Positions 30,860 through 40,560 of a stretch of DNA of 64,000 nucleotides are shown here, one piece after another. The DNA comes from Waterburya sp. (GTDB taxonomy: Bacteria; Cyanobacteriota; Cyanobacteriia; Cyanobacteriales; Coleofasciculaceae). The stretch is taken from assembly GCA_036703055.1 (NCBI GenBank), contig DATNPV010000303.1, forward strand, positions 20,241 to 84,240, written 5' to 3'. Every line of letters begins with the position of its first letter. Position 1 is the stretch's first letter. Below the pieces are notes generated by a model. The model did no database searches. It was not told where the DNA came from and saw only the letters and a list, made by a program, of their open reading frames with translations. The translations under genes and the position numbers were made by a program.

Positions 30860-32842
30860 TTATTTTAGGGGTGGAGCCTCCGGTGGTAACGGATTAAAGA
30901 ATGGATCGGGCGAGGTTCGGGCTTGAGGTGTTTTTGTCCCTTGACGCTTGGCGGGCTGAGACGTTACTGTTGGCGGCAAATTCTCTAAGGAGGTGGATGG
31001 AGTTTGCGCGATCGCAGGTAACGGTTCAGGTTCTAACTCAGCTTTCATACTTTCCGCCACAGGGGGAACAGGAGGCGGAGACGGTGTCTTGCCATTGGAT
31101 TTACCCGCCTGAGAGTGAATCATCATACCCAACAAGCCATCGACTAAGCCAGCACCACTGCCATTCCCGCTAACGGCAACATCGGGGACAACACGCACGT
31201 TGCGATCGCCAATAATCTGCATCAGCTGCAATGCCGTATACCCTTGCGAACCCAAAGCCGTGACACCCGCTTTATAAGCTTCCGCCTTCGCATTACCGGT
31301 TACCCGAATCGCTTCCGCTTCCCCAGTGGCTTCTTTAACTCTGGCATTCGCCTTGAGTTCGGCAATTTTAACGCCTTGCTCGGACTTCACCAAGTCTTGC
31401 TGAATGTCTGCGATCGCGGTTTCCCGCACCAATTGCTGCCGCTGAGTTTGTGCCATCTGCTGCACTTCATACGTCTTGCGTCGTTCCTCAGCAATTTTGC
31501 GATCGGTTTGCGTCATCATCAGTTCGGCTGGCGGCAAGATATCCCCAATCAGGGTATCGATCGCCTGCACGTCATAGGCGCGGAGTGCAGTTTTAATATA
31601 TTCAGCCGCTTCTACCTGCCGTTCGCTACGGGCGGTGAGAAAGTCTAACACGGTGTAGTCTTGAGCTGAATTGCGGAAATAGTTACCAATCGTCGGCTCT
31701 AACACATGATCCACGAGATTCTGCATCGCACCGACACGGGAGATTACCTTCGGTGCATCCAACGCACCTACATGGATAATCTGGGCAATTTCCAAATCAA
31801 AGGCAAAACCATCCTTGGAACGCACCGTGAGGGAAGCTAGTTTCGAGTCATAACTGTGACGTTCCGTTCTCCCCGACCAGTTGAGCACAATATTAATCGT
31901 CGGCACTAGCTCAACTTTTAACACGCGGGTATTGAGCGGGTGTTTGCCGGGATAAAGCGGTGTCACCCACACTCCCTTGTGTCCTGGATCAACTAAATTG
32001 CCGTGTGTGAATGCTGCTCCACTGACATCTTTGTGCGCCTTGCCTACATAAGAAATCACCACGCCGACGTAGCCAATAGGAATTTCCGTCATGGCGACTT
32101 GCTCAACACCTACAAACCAAGGGTTCAAGTTCCAGGAACCGGAGAGGAGGACTTGCTCCTGCAAGCCACGCCGTCCACCGCCATTCACGAATTTTTGAGC
32201 ATTTTGGAAGTTATCGTGATCGGGAATAACTGGGCCTGCAATTTCCCCTTCTTCAATCGGCACACCGTCAAAGGTGGTGACAATACCCACTTTGTCAGGA
32301 GAAAGACTATATACCCGCAAATGCTCTGATTTCATACCATGTTGCTGAGCGTTGGCGGCAGTAATGACGGTGAATAAAGCGGTGTTGATGCGGTAGGTTC
32401 CAGCGGTGAGGATACCCAACTGACGGCCTTTTTCTCCACCACCTTTGAGGAACTTGCGAGCATCCTGAAAATTATCGCAGGGGACAACTTTCCCCAGAAT
32501 GCGTTGCGGTGGGATGGAGGCACCATCGGCGGCAACAATTAGGGCGATTTCACCTTGGGGGACAACGGTAACAGCTTCTTTACGAACGTTGTATTGCCAA
32601 GGCCAATGCCCCCAGTGCCAACCGGGGGCGAGGGTATCGGCTTGATATCCTGCTTCTCCCTCCAAAGCAATCAGATGACCTGGTGGCAGTCCACGACCGG
32701 AAAGGGCAAATTTCTTAACAACAACGCCTACTTCCCGTTCGCCAATCACGACGAGGCCGCCGAAAAATAGAGGAACGCCAATGACGATGATTCCCCCCAC
32801 AATCACGATGGGAATCAATCCTCCCACGTCAAACAGCTGCAT
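30860..32842 (-). CDS. flotillin family (SPFH/band-7, YqiK-like) protein with internally duplicated N-terminal domain and Pro-rich C-terminal tail
   Basis: TM near the N-terminus; duplicated DNFQDARKFL / DNFQNAQKFV modules; flotillin EA-rich coiled coil (KANARVKEATGEAEAIRVTGNAKAEAYKAG). Start taken at the Met at 32842 (MQLFDVGG...); the 100-aa upstream extension to 33142 looks non-protein. Confidence 0.85.
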   Translation of the reverse strand: MQLFDVGGLIPIVIVGGIIVIGVPLFFGGLVVIGEREVGVVVKKFALSGRGLPPGHLIALEGEAGYQADTLAPGWHWGHWPWQYNVRKEAVTVVPQGEIALIVAADGASIPPQRILGKVVPCDNFQDARKFLKGGGEKGRQLGILTAGTYRINTALFTVITAANAQQHGMKSEHLRVYSLSPDKVGIVTTFDGVPIEEGEIAGPVIPDHDNFQNAQKFVNGGGRRGLQEQVLLSGSWNLNPWFVGVEQVAMTEIPIGYVGVVISYVGKAHKDVSGAAFTHGNLVDPGHKGVWVTPLYPGKHPLNTRVLKVELVPTINIVLNWSGRTERHSYDSKLASLTVRSKDGFAFDLEIAQIIHVGALDAPKVISRVGAMQNLVDHVLEPTIGNYFRNSAQDYTVLDFLTARSERQVEAAEYIKTALRAYDVQAIDTLIGDILPPAELMMTQTDRKIAEERRKTYEVQQMAQTQRQQLVRETAIADIQQDLVKSEQGVKIAELKANARVKEATGEAEAIRVTGNAKAEAYKAGVTALGSQGYTALQLMQIIGDRNVRVVPDVAVSGNGSGAGLVDGLLGMMIHSQAGKSNGKTPSPPPVPPVAESMKAELEPEPLPAIAQTPSTSLENLPPTVTSQPAKRQGTKTPQARTSPDPFFNPLPPEAPPLK

Positions 32843-33483
32843 CGTTTGGTATTGATGATCGCTGTTTGGTAGCTGGGTGCTATGGACTGGGGACTGGAGA
32901 CTGGCAACGGGTGAATGAGATAAGGTTTTACCCGTTTCTAGTCGTCCATTGTTCTCAATTCCCCGCAAACCGGTTCCTACTGAAGCGAACGCTAAGGTGG
33001 CTAAGGTTGAGGCGGCTAACTGTTTGAAAAAACGATGCTTGAGGGTTGTATTGTTCTGAAGCGAGGGCGCAGTGAGCGCACACAGCAATCGCCTAACGGG
33101 TACGAACGAAGCAGAGCGCAAAAAGTGTTTCGATTTTTTCATTATTCCCTCCTTAAGGAGGAAGCATTTTTGTCTAGCTTATCCTTTTTATTGAGCCTTT
33201 AAACGAGTCTTGAAGGTACAACAGTAATCGGCATCTGCACTCCAGACCCTTTATCAAAAATCTCTAAGCAGAATTTTTCCTTCTCTCCTTATTTTGAGCT
33301 ATGTTGTTCCGTAATGACACTACAAGTTATGGCCTACACAGACTTGACAAATCCAAAAATTAATGGATGATTTTGATAGTTTTTGAGCGACTTCGCGGCT
33401 CTGAACCAGAAGGACTATTACTAAGCCAAAGCAAGGCCAACCGTTTATAGAGGCAAGTTAGCAAGAATTATCAGGTGTAGCCA

Positions 33484-34224
33484 ATGGCAGAATCAATTCA
33501 GGAAGTCTTCTGGTTGCTTTCAGCGGATCGTCAACAGTCGCTCTATGTGAGTCCGGCTTTTGAAACAATCTGGGATCGCCCGCTGGAAAGCTTGTACATT
33601 GAGCTGAATGCTCATCTCAACGTGATGATGGATTCAATTCATCCAAGTGACAAGGAGCAAGTTATTGCTGCCTTTGCCCAACGACTTGAGAATAGTATCA
33701 ACAGGAGTATCGAATTGTACGATCGGATGGCTCGATTCGTTGGGTGCGATAACCCTAACGGGATGCTTCGCGATCGCGCTTCTTTTCATCCAGAATTCAT
33801 TTGGGGAGGCTTGGGGACTTGCTGGACTCTCAGAAGATATCACACCGCAAACACTTGGAGAAAATTCTCCATCAACGAGAGCAAGAATTCAGAGCGCTGG
33901 TTGAACATTCTCCTGATATCATTACCCGATTTGCTCGACGAATGCGTCATGTTTACGTCAATCCAGCGGTTGGACTAGCAACAGGAATACGACGTGAGGA
34001 ATTTGTGGGAAAAACCCATCAGGACTTGGGTATGCCTCCAGAACTTTTATCCATGTGGGAATCGTCCATCCAAACAGTCTTCTTCAGGCATTTATAATGA
34101 GAACGGCTTGTTTCAGTATGCAGGACTTCAGCTAGTTACTATTTTAATTCAGCAAATGGAAGGAAATTTGGAAATAAACTGTAGCAGCGGAACCGAATTT
34201 AAAATCCATTTCCCCCTTTATTAA
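33484..34224 (+). pseudogene. decayed multi-PAS sensor histidine kinase (PAS1 split over two frames, PAS2 in a third frame, then only the last ~35 aa of an HATPase_c domain)
   Basis: Frame 1 gives the PAS start (SPAFETIWDRPLESLY...IHPSDKEQV). Frame 2 gives the PAS end (LRIVSTGVSNCTIGWLDSLGAITLTG...SEDIT). Frame 3 gives a linker plus a second PAS (EQEFRALVEHSPDIITRFARRMRHVYVNPA...). After a gap, GLQLVTILIQQMEGNLEINCSSGTEFKIHFPL is an HATPase_c C-terminus. No DHp/H-box or N/G boxes remain. Confidence 0.65.
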
Positions 34225-34247
34225 TTCAAGCAATTACACCCAAAGCC

Positions 34248-35849
34248 GTGAGCAAGAAAATCTTAATTGTCGAAGACGAAACTATTGTTGCTTTTAATAT
34301 TAAAAATCGATTAGAGGGACTGGGATACTCTGTAATAGACATTATTACATCAGGAGAAAAAGCCCTGAAAAAAGTTACAGAAATGCCCCCAGATTTAATT
34401 TTAATGGATATCAAACTCAAAGGCAGCATTGATGGCATCGAAACGGCCCATCAAATTCGCAAACATTTCTCAATTCCGGTAGTATACTTAACAGCATATA
34501 CCGATGAAGAGACACTTAATCGTGCTAAGGTTACCGAACCCTTTGGCTACATTCTTAAGCCATTTGAGGCCAGAGATTTATGTACAACGATTGAGATGGC
34601 TCTCTACAAACATAAAATAGAACAGCAACTTCGAGAACGAGAAGAATGGTTAGCCACAACACTCAAATGTATCGGTGATGCGGTGATTACAACAGATTCT
34701 CAAGGGCTGGTTACCTTTATGAATCCGGTAGCTGAACGACTGACAAAGAAGAAACAGGAAGAGGTTTTAGGACGGGATTTAAGTCAGGTTCTCTGCCTCA
34801 TTAATGAAACAACACGAGAGGTGGTAGAGAACCCCGTGCAAGTAGTTCTCAAAGAGGGGGTGACGATAGGCTTAGAAAATCACACCCTTCTCATCACTAA
34901 AGAAGGGGCTGAAATCCCAATTAGTGATAGTGCTGCACCGATTAAAAATGAAGTCGGTCATATCCTGGGAGCCGTTTTAGTATTTTATGATGTGACTGAA
35001 CAACGTCAAGCTAAAGTCTTGCTAGAAAAGACGAATGAAAAACTGGGTGTTCAAGTTACAGAAAGTATTGCTCAATTGCAGCGAGCCAACGAGCAACTCA
35101 GAGCAGAAATTACTCAACGCCAGCGCTTAGAAAATGAACTGCGGCTGTCTCTGGCTAAAGAGCGAGAACTGAATGAATTAAAATCTCGAATCGTGGCGAC
35201 TGTCTCCCATGAATACCGCACCCCACTCACGACTATTTTGTCTTCTGCTCAACTACTTGAACGTTACAATTCGCAGCTAACCTCGGAGAAAAAGCAGACC
35301 CATTTTCAACGCATTCAAGCGTCTATTAGTTACTTAACTAAGCTTGTAGAAGATATGCTATTGGTAAACCAGGCAGAAACTGGAAACCTAGAGTTTAATC
35401 CGGCGCCTCTGGATGTAGCGATATTAGTGCGTGATGTCATTGCCGAGTTTCAGTCCTCTATAACTCCACCTGTAATACTCTTGAGATACCAAGGTGCGTA
35501 TCAGGATGTAGTTTTGGATGAAAGGCTTTTGCGGTTAATTTTAAGAAATTTACTTTCAAATGCCATTAAGTACTCCCCTGACAAAAAGGAAATCCACTTG
35601 GAATTAGTTTGTGAAGCCAGCCAACTGGTTTTGCGCGTAACGGATGCAGGGATAGGAATTCCCACTGCTGAGCAAACCAATATATTCAATCCTTTCTTTC
35701 GCGGTAGCAATACTGGCACTATTCCTGGTGTTGGGCTGGGGTTAGTGATTGTTAAGGAGTGTGTGGACTTACATGGAGGCGAGGTTGTTGTAGAGAGCGA
35801 AGTTGGCAAGGGAACGATTTTCACCGTAACTCTGCCTTTATTGCAGTAA
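34248..35849 (+). CDS. hybrid sensor: response-regulator receiver, PAS, HisKA, HATPase_c histidine kinase
   Basis: REC (LIVEDE...DLILMDIKL...LTAY), PAS (FMNPVAERLTKKK), H-box (SHEYRTPLTTI), N/G boxes (NLLSNAIKYS, GLGLVIVK). Confidence 0.9.
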   Translation: MSKKILIVEDETIVAFNIKNRLEGLGYSVIDIITSGEKALKKVTEMPPDLILMDIKLKGSIDGIETAHQIRKHFSIPVVYLTAYTDEETLNRAKVTEPFGYILKPFEARDLCTTIEMALYKHKIEQQLREREEWLATTLKCIGDAVITTDSQGLVTFMNPVAERLTKKKQEEVLGRDLSQVLCLINETTREVVENPVQVVLKEGVTIGLENHTLLITKEGAEIPISDSAAPIKNEVGHILGAVLVFYDVTEQRQAKVLLEKTNEKLGVQVTESIAQLQRANEQLRAEITQRQRLENELRLSLAKERELNELKSRIVATVSHEYRTPLTTILSSAQLLERYNSQLTSEKKQTHFQRIQASISYLTKLVEDMLLVNQAETGNLEFNPAPLDVAILVRDVIAEFQSSITPPVILLRYQGAYQDVVLDERLLRLILRNLLSNAIKYSPDKKEIHLELVCEASQLVLRVTDAGIGIPTAEQTNIFNPFFRGSNTGTIPGVGLGLVIVKECVDLHGGEVVVESEVGKGTIFTVTLPLLQ

Positions 35850-35866
35850 GCTATTGCACACTCCTG

Positions 35867-35970
35867 ATACCAACTGGCTTTTCCAATCTCACATTTAGCA
35901 CCCCCCAGCCTCCCCTTGGGTTCGGGAGAGCAATTCCAGAATAGCTGTCAAACTCAAACCTAATTGGTAT
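35867..35970. mobile_element. MITE-like element copy A (~104 bp; TIR ATACCAAcTGG / CtAATTGGTAT)
   Basis: Shares ends and internal blocks (GCTTTT-CAAT-TCACATTT-CACCC...GTCAAACTCAAA-CCAATTGGTAT) with copy B at 46595..46697. Inserted 17 nt after the kinase stop. Confidence 0.5.
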
Positions 35971-36045
35971 GACTCTATTTTCATAGGAGATGTCAGTTCA
36001 ATCCGGCGATATCATTGAAGCATTCTGTCCGTTTTAACTGACACC

Positions 36046-36891
36046 TTGGACTTAAACGAACATCTCCACACACACCTGACCCAGTTAGTGCGCGATCGCG
36101 ACCCCTACCTCGCCTCGGCGGGTCATTTCTACGTCCAGCAATACATTCGCCAACAGCTAGAACAGTGGGGAACTGTAGAAACTCACGAGTTCCAAGTACG
36201 AGGCAAAACTCATCACAATCTCATCCTCAACCTACCCCCTCGTTCTTCGGGTAAGGGGGAATTGCCGCCCATTTTGATTGGCGCACATTATGATGCTGTA
36301 CCCGGAACGCCAGGGGCGGATGATAATGCGACAGGTGTTGCTGCCTTATTAGAATTGGCAAGAGCTTTTGCTGCCGAATCGCTAAGATTCCCCATCCGTC
36401 TGGTGGCATTCGATATGGAAGAATACGGGATGCTGGGCAGTTCCCAGTATGCCGCTGACTTGCAGCAACAGGGGCAACCGCTGCGCTTAATGCTCTCCCT
36501 AGAAATGCTGGGGTATTGCAATGCAACTCCCGGTTCGCAACGCTACCCCGCCGGACTGCAACACTTTTACCCTAATTGCGGTAATTTCATTGCACTGATT
36601 GGGAATTTGTCAGCTATTCCTGACTTGGTTCATCTTAGCCGCAACATTCGTCAAGCGGGAACACCTAGCGAGTGGTTGCCTGTGCCGGCTAAGGGTTTAG
36701 TTGTGCCCCAGACGAGACTGAGCGATCACTCCCCGTTTTGGGATCGGGGTTATCGGGCGATGATGGTAACGGATACGGCATTTATGCGAAATCCTCATTA
36801 CCATCAGGCGAGTGACACTATAGACACTCTCGACTTAGATTTTCTTACAGGTGTCTGTAGGGGTTTGATTGAAGGGATTCGCCGTTTGTAG
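36046..36891 (+). CDS. M28 family zinc peptidase
   Basis: HYDAVPGTPGADDNATGVAALLELAR and FDMEEYGMLGSS metal-ligand motifs. TTG start in the track. Confidence 0.8.
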   Translation: MDLNEHLHTHLTQLVRDRDPYLASAGHFYVQQYIRQQLEQWGTVETHEFQVRGKTHHNLILNLPPRSSGKGELPPILIGAHYDAVPGTPGADDNATGVAALLELARAFAAESLRFPIRLVAFDMEEYGMLGSSQYAADLQQQGQPLRLMLSLEMLGYCNATPGSQRYPAGLQHFYPNCGNFIALIGNLSAIPDLVHLSRNIRQAGTPSEWLPVPAKGLVVPQTRLSDHSPFWDRGYRAMMVTDTAFMRNPHYHQASDTIDTLDLDFLTGVCRGLIEGIRRL

Positions 36892-37002
36892 CAAAGGAGT
36901 AGGGTGGGCATTGCAGAGGATAATCCCTCCAACCCCGACAACAATTCGTTTCTAGGCAATGCCTACCCTACAAGTATGTTTGGTTTATTTAAGCGCGCCT
37001 AC

Positions 37003-39045
37003 TTAAACCAGCGCGTAAACTTTAGCTTCCCAAGGGAAAATCCCTTCTCTGCCTACCCATTCAGCGGGAACCATCCGTTCTTGGGTGATTTCTTTCCACT
37101 GTTTACCAGAAGGTGTTGCAGGCCAATTTGGGACTTTATACTCAGCACCGGGAGGAGTGCCGTAGTCGGAGAAGTTCGCTACCACAACCACCAACTCCGT
37201 AGCTTTATTACCCCGCTGCCACACTAAAACTCGCTTGCCGTCATTAAAGTCTGAATGGATAAACTGAGTGTCGTTCACCGCTAAAGCATTAGAAGATTTG
37301 CGGAAGTGAACCAACCGGGCGACGTATTGGAAGATGCGTTGCCGCCAATCATCTTTTACACGGCTATAGTTTACTGGGTCAACCTGCTTATTTTCATCCC
37401 GTTTCGGTGAAGAACCGATATCTAAATCCTGCTGATCGGCAAATTCATCTCCTGCCAAAATCATAGGAATTCCCACAGCGGTTAGCAAGCAAACAAATGC
37501 CAGCTTGAAGCGGGGTTCAGTGTGGGCAACTCCATTGTTAACCAGCCAGTTGAAGAAGCGTTCGTTACCCATGCCGCCAACATCGTGCGACGTTAGGTAG
37601 TTCACGGCTTGGGAAGCATCAGTAAATCCTAAGTGGCGGCAGTCAATGAGTTTGCGGACACTCCACTCGAAGCTGGGTTCGTCCGACCAATTCCGCCCTA
37701 AAATCACATGGCGGATGATTTGCTTGAATTTTTCATTCCACAATCCATCTAAGCGATGTTGATGAACGAGATCCAACGGTACACTTAATTCTTCCCCAAC
37801 TACTAGGAAGCGGTCGCCCGTTCCCCCTCGTTTTTCCCAAATGGTGCGAGCAAAATCCTTAAAGTCCTGCAAAAAGTCGTAGTTGGCAATATTGTTAACA
37901 CTATCGAGCCGCAGACCATCCACTCGATAATAGTCTAACCAGTGGGCAATGTGGGCTTTCATGTATTCTCGTGCCGGGACGAACCATGATTTTTGCCCGG
38001 TAATGGGATGATAGCCTTCTACCCAATAGTTGTACTTGAATAAATCTCCCCCAAAACCATCTCGTGAGCCTTGTTCCGGGTCGCCACTGCCCCAGCGGAT
38101 GTAAAAATCGAGAAAGTTGACGTTATGGTAGGGATTATTTCGGGAGAACGCCATCACCGCATCTAGGAAGAAGCGCAAACCATGCCGATGACAGGTTTTG
38201 ATTAGATTCGCTAAATCACTGGAAGCCGTGGGGGGTGACTGATGATCGGGGCGTCCTAAGTCGAAGTCGGCGGCAAAATAATTCGCCGTGCCATAGCCCC
38301 AATTAAGAGTATCATCGCTATCTTCCGGGGGGAGAAGTTCTAGAGCATTAACTCCCAGTTCCACTAGATGAGCGCGGTTATTCAAGGCGCGGAGTGTGGG
38401 AAATGTGGGAGCATTTTGCTCTGCTATCAACAGCGCTAGTACGTCGCGAAAGGAACCGTTGCCCTCTTCTACATTTCCTGTTGAGTTAATCCGAGCCCAG
38501 CGGGTTGGTAATTCGTAGATAACCAGTCGATTATTGGGGGGTAGCGAGTCTAGGGGAGCATCCCCTTCCCAATTAACTGTTTGCCCTTGGGGATCGCAGG
38601 GAGTGAGCTTGCCATTTTGATAAAGTATGACACTGGCTGGATCGAAGCTAGCCACTCCCTTTGAATCCTGGGGTACGTCCTGCGGTACGGGTGCAAATAT
38701 CCGTCGCTCTACAGTAGTAGCAATCGGATCACAGCAATACATAATTTGGTTAGCATTTGCCGGATCGTAGGGGTCACTGTTGCGGACTTTAAACCAGTAA
38801 AAGTAGACTGTTCCTTCTATGAGGTTACAATCTTGGGCTGGAACCTCCCACAATTCGGGAAACTCAGGTGATGGATGAAGCGAGTATTCTCCTAAATTAG
38901 CCAGCCGGTCTGGTTGTTGGGGATCGATGCTGCCAATGTAGAGACTGGGGGCAGGTTCGACTTTTCCCGGACGCCACAAGATAAAGTGAGTCTGTTTGCG
39001 GTTCAATAAGTCGGCAAACATGATAGAAGCTCCTTTGGACGACAA
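37003..39045 (-). CDS. GH13 alpha-amylase-family glycoside hydrolase
   Basis: Catalytic regions YRVDGLRLDSV (region II), FVVGEEL, LTSHDV (region IV-like), AGDEF; 680 aa. Confidence 0.88.
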   Translation of the reverse strand: MSSKGASIMFADLLNRKQTHFILWRPGKVEPAPSLYIGSIDPQQPDRLANLGEYSLHPSPEFPELWEVPAQDCNLIEGTVYFYWFKVRNSDPYDPANANQIMYCCDPIATTVERRIFAPVPQDVPQDSKGVASFDPASVILYQNGKLTPCDPQGQTVNWEGDAPLDSLPPNNRLVIYELPTRWARINSTGNVEEGNGSFRDVLALLIAEQNAPTFPTLRALNNRAHLVELGVNALELLPPEDSDDTLNWGYGTANYFAADFDLGRPDHQSPPTASSDLANLIKTCHRHGLRFFLDAVMAFSRNNPYHNVNFLDFYIRWGSGDPEQGSRDGFGGDLFKYNYWVEGYHPITGQKSWFVPAREYMKAHIAHWLDYYRVDGLRLDSVNNIANYDFLQDFKDFARTIWEKRGGTGDRFLVVGEELSVPLDLVHQHRLDGLWNEKFKQIIRHVILGRNWSDEPSFEWSVRKLIDCRHLGFTDASQAVNYLTSHDVGGMGNERFFNWLVNNGVAHTEPRFKLAFVCLLTAVGIPMILAGDEFADQQDLDIGSSPKRDENKQVDPVNYSRVKDDWRQRIFQYVARLVHFRKSSNALAVNDTQFIHSDFNDGKRVLVWQRGNKATELVVVVANFSDYGTPPGAEYKVPNWPATPSGKQWKEITQERMVPAEWVGREGIFPWEAKVYALV

Positions 39046-39146
39046 ATCAGTTATAGAGCTGTTACAAGTTGGCAGGGGTTGATTTCGGATCGGTTGAGTT
39101 TTTCTTTCGTTGTCAATAAACTGCGGTTTTTGAAATGAGGAGGCTG

Positions 39147-40097
39147 TTAAAAGGGTAGTTCTTCATCCTCTTGTTCTGTAACTTTCAGTTGTAAAACGGT
39201 CGTTTTCTCCTCTTCTACGGGAAGTTGTGCGATCGCATCTCCCAATTCCTTCTGAAGGGCTTTGGTAAGCGTGACAGATAAATCCAGTTCTATCCCCTCC
39301 ACTTGTGTTAGTTTAGCTAGCTCGCCAAAGGCAACTTTTTTGGTGGTTCGCGTTTGACTGGTGAGCTTAAACCCCTTGGTTTCTTTGAGATTTTGTGCCT
39401 GCATTGCCGCTTTTAGGCGTTCTTTGATTTGGTTCATTTCCGTATCCAACTGCCGCCACCGATGCTCGATTTGTCGATACCTCAGGGTGAGTGCATCGAT
39501 ATCTTCAGTGGCTGGATTGGGTTCTTTGAGCTGCAACAATCGCTGGTGTACCTGAGCAACATAAACCGCGTCCATTTTGGCATAATGCAGTTGGTTGGGT
39601 GTGAGGGGTCGTTGCCCCCAATCACTCCCTTGTTCTGTTTTGTCCAGTGGGGGCAGATGGCAAAGATTTTCAGCTAGCGTTTTCAGTTGGAAATTGGGCA
39701 AAGGCACGAGGTAGTACGGGATTTTTTTCGCCATTTCCCAGGTGCAGGTAACATTTTGAGCCTTATCTTTGCCCAAAAGATTGAGGTCATAACTGGCATT
39801 GTGAAAGACTTTCTCAATCGCGGGATTGAGCATGATTTTTTCAATAAATTCTGCCACCATAGATGGCTGGTCTAGAACATCTAAAATTGAAACGCATTCT
39901 GCACGTTGTAACAGTGCATTCCTTTCATCGGCAATTGGGGTGGCATTATCTAAAACTTGAATTAGAGAAAGTTTAGGAGCATCGGTTTTATAATCAGCAA
40001 CTTCTGTATCGAGCCAAAGAATTTTGGCTTGGGTATATTCGGAAATTTTTAATCGGATATCCGCCTCGTCTGTGAAATGGGGCATTGAATGACTCAT
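39147..40097 (-). CDS. DEDDy-type 3'-5' exonuclease (RNase D-like) with a charged C-terminal extension
   Basis: Exo I (LWLDTEVADY), exo II (HNASYDLNLL), exo III (YAKMDAVY). Confidence 0.8.
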   Translation of the reverse strand: MSHSMPHFTDEADIRLKISEYTQAKILWLDTEVADYKTDAPKLSLIQVLDNATPIADERNALLQRAECVSILDVLDQPSMVAEFIEKIMLNPAIEKVFHNASYDLNLLGKDKAQNVTCTWEMAKKIPYYLVPLPNFQLKTLAENLCHLPPLDKTEQGSDWGQRPLTPNQLHYAKMDAVYVAQVHQRLLQLKEPNPATEDIDALTLRYRQIEHRWRQLDTEMNQIKERLKAAMQAQNLKETKGFKLTSQTRTTKKVAFGELAKLTQVEGIELDLSVTLTKALQKELGDAIAQLPVEEEKTTVLQLKVTEQEDEELPF

Positions 40098-40560
40098 TAA
40101 GGGAATAAATTTAAATTTAACTAACTTTGTGAAACGAGGATATATTTATTCAATAAAATTTATTTTCATGGCTACTTTTCGCTAGACTGAATACTGATGG
40201 GAATTGCAAGGTAGAAGAACCCGTGGAATTATCCTTCTCCTGATTAGAGCAACAAGGGGCTACGGTTCCATGTTAGTGCCGGATAGCAGTACGCACGGGG
40301 AACAGTTGCCGGAGGAAGTATGTCATTCGAGAGAGTTAGGCATCTAGCCTACTATCTTTGCGCCCTTTTGGGGAATACTAAACAGGCTCAAGGAATTCCA
40401 GCACATTAGCATTATTTAAAGATTAGGCGTAATTATGGGATTGTTAGCTTCCTAGTCTTAATCTCAGCTATAGGTATATCCAAGGGCAGAACTTTACTAA
40501 AAACTTAGCGTATAAACTAATAGATAAGATAACTGCTTTTTAATAGATGAAATTTAAGGA

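Noticed and set aside
32843-33142. 100-aa N-terminal extension of the flotillin ORF (start at 33142)
   Set aside because: The extension has no TM or SPFH features; the Met at 32842 immediately precedes the membrane anchor and matches YqiK-type N-termini.
33484-33978. Intact 164-aa PAS protein as given by the ORF track
   Set aside because: The PAS fold is only completed by switching to frame 2 (33647..33904), and frame 1 after residue ~60 is non-PAS-like; it is treated as part of a decayed kinase gene.
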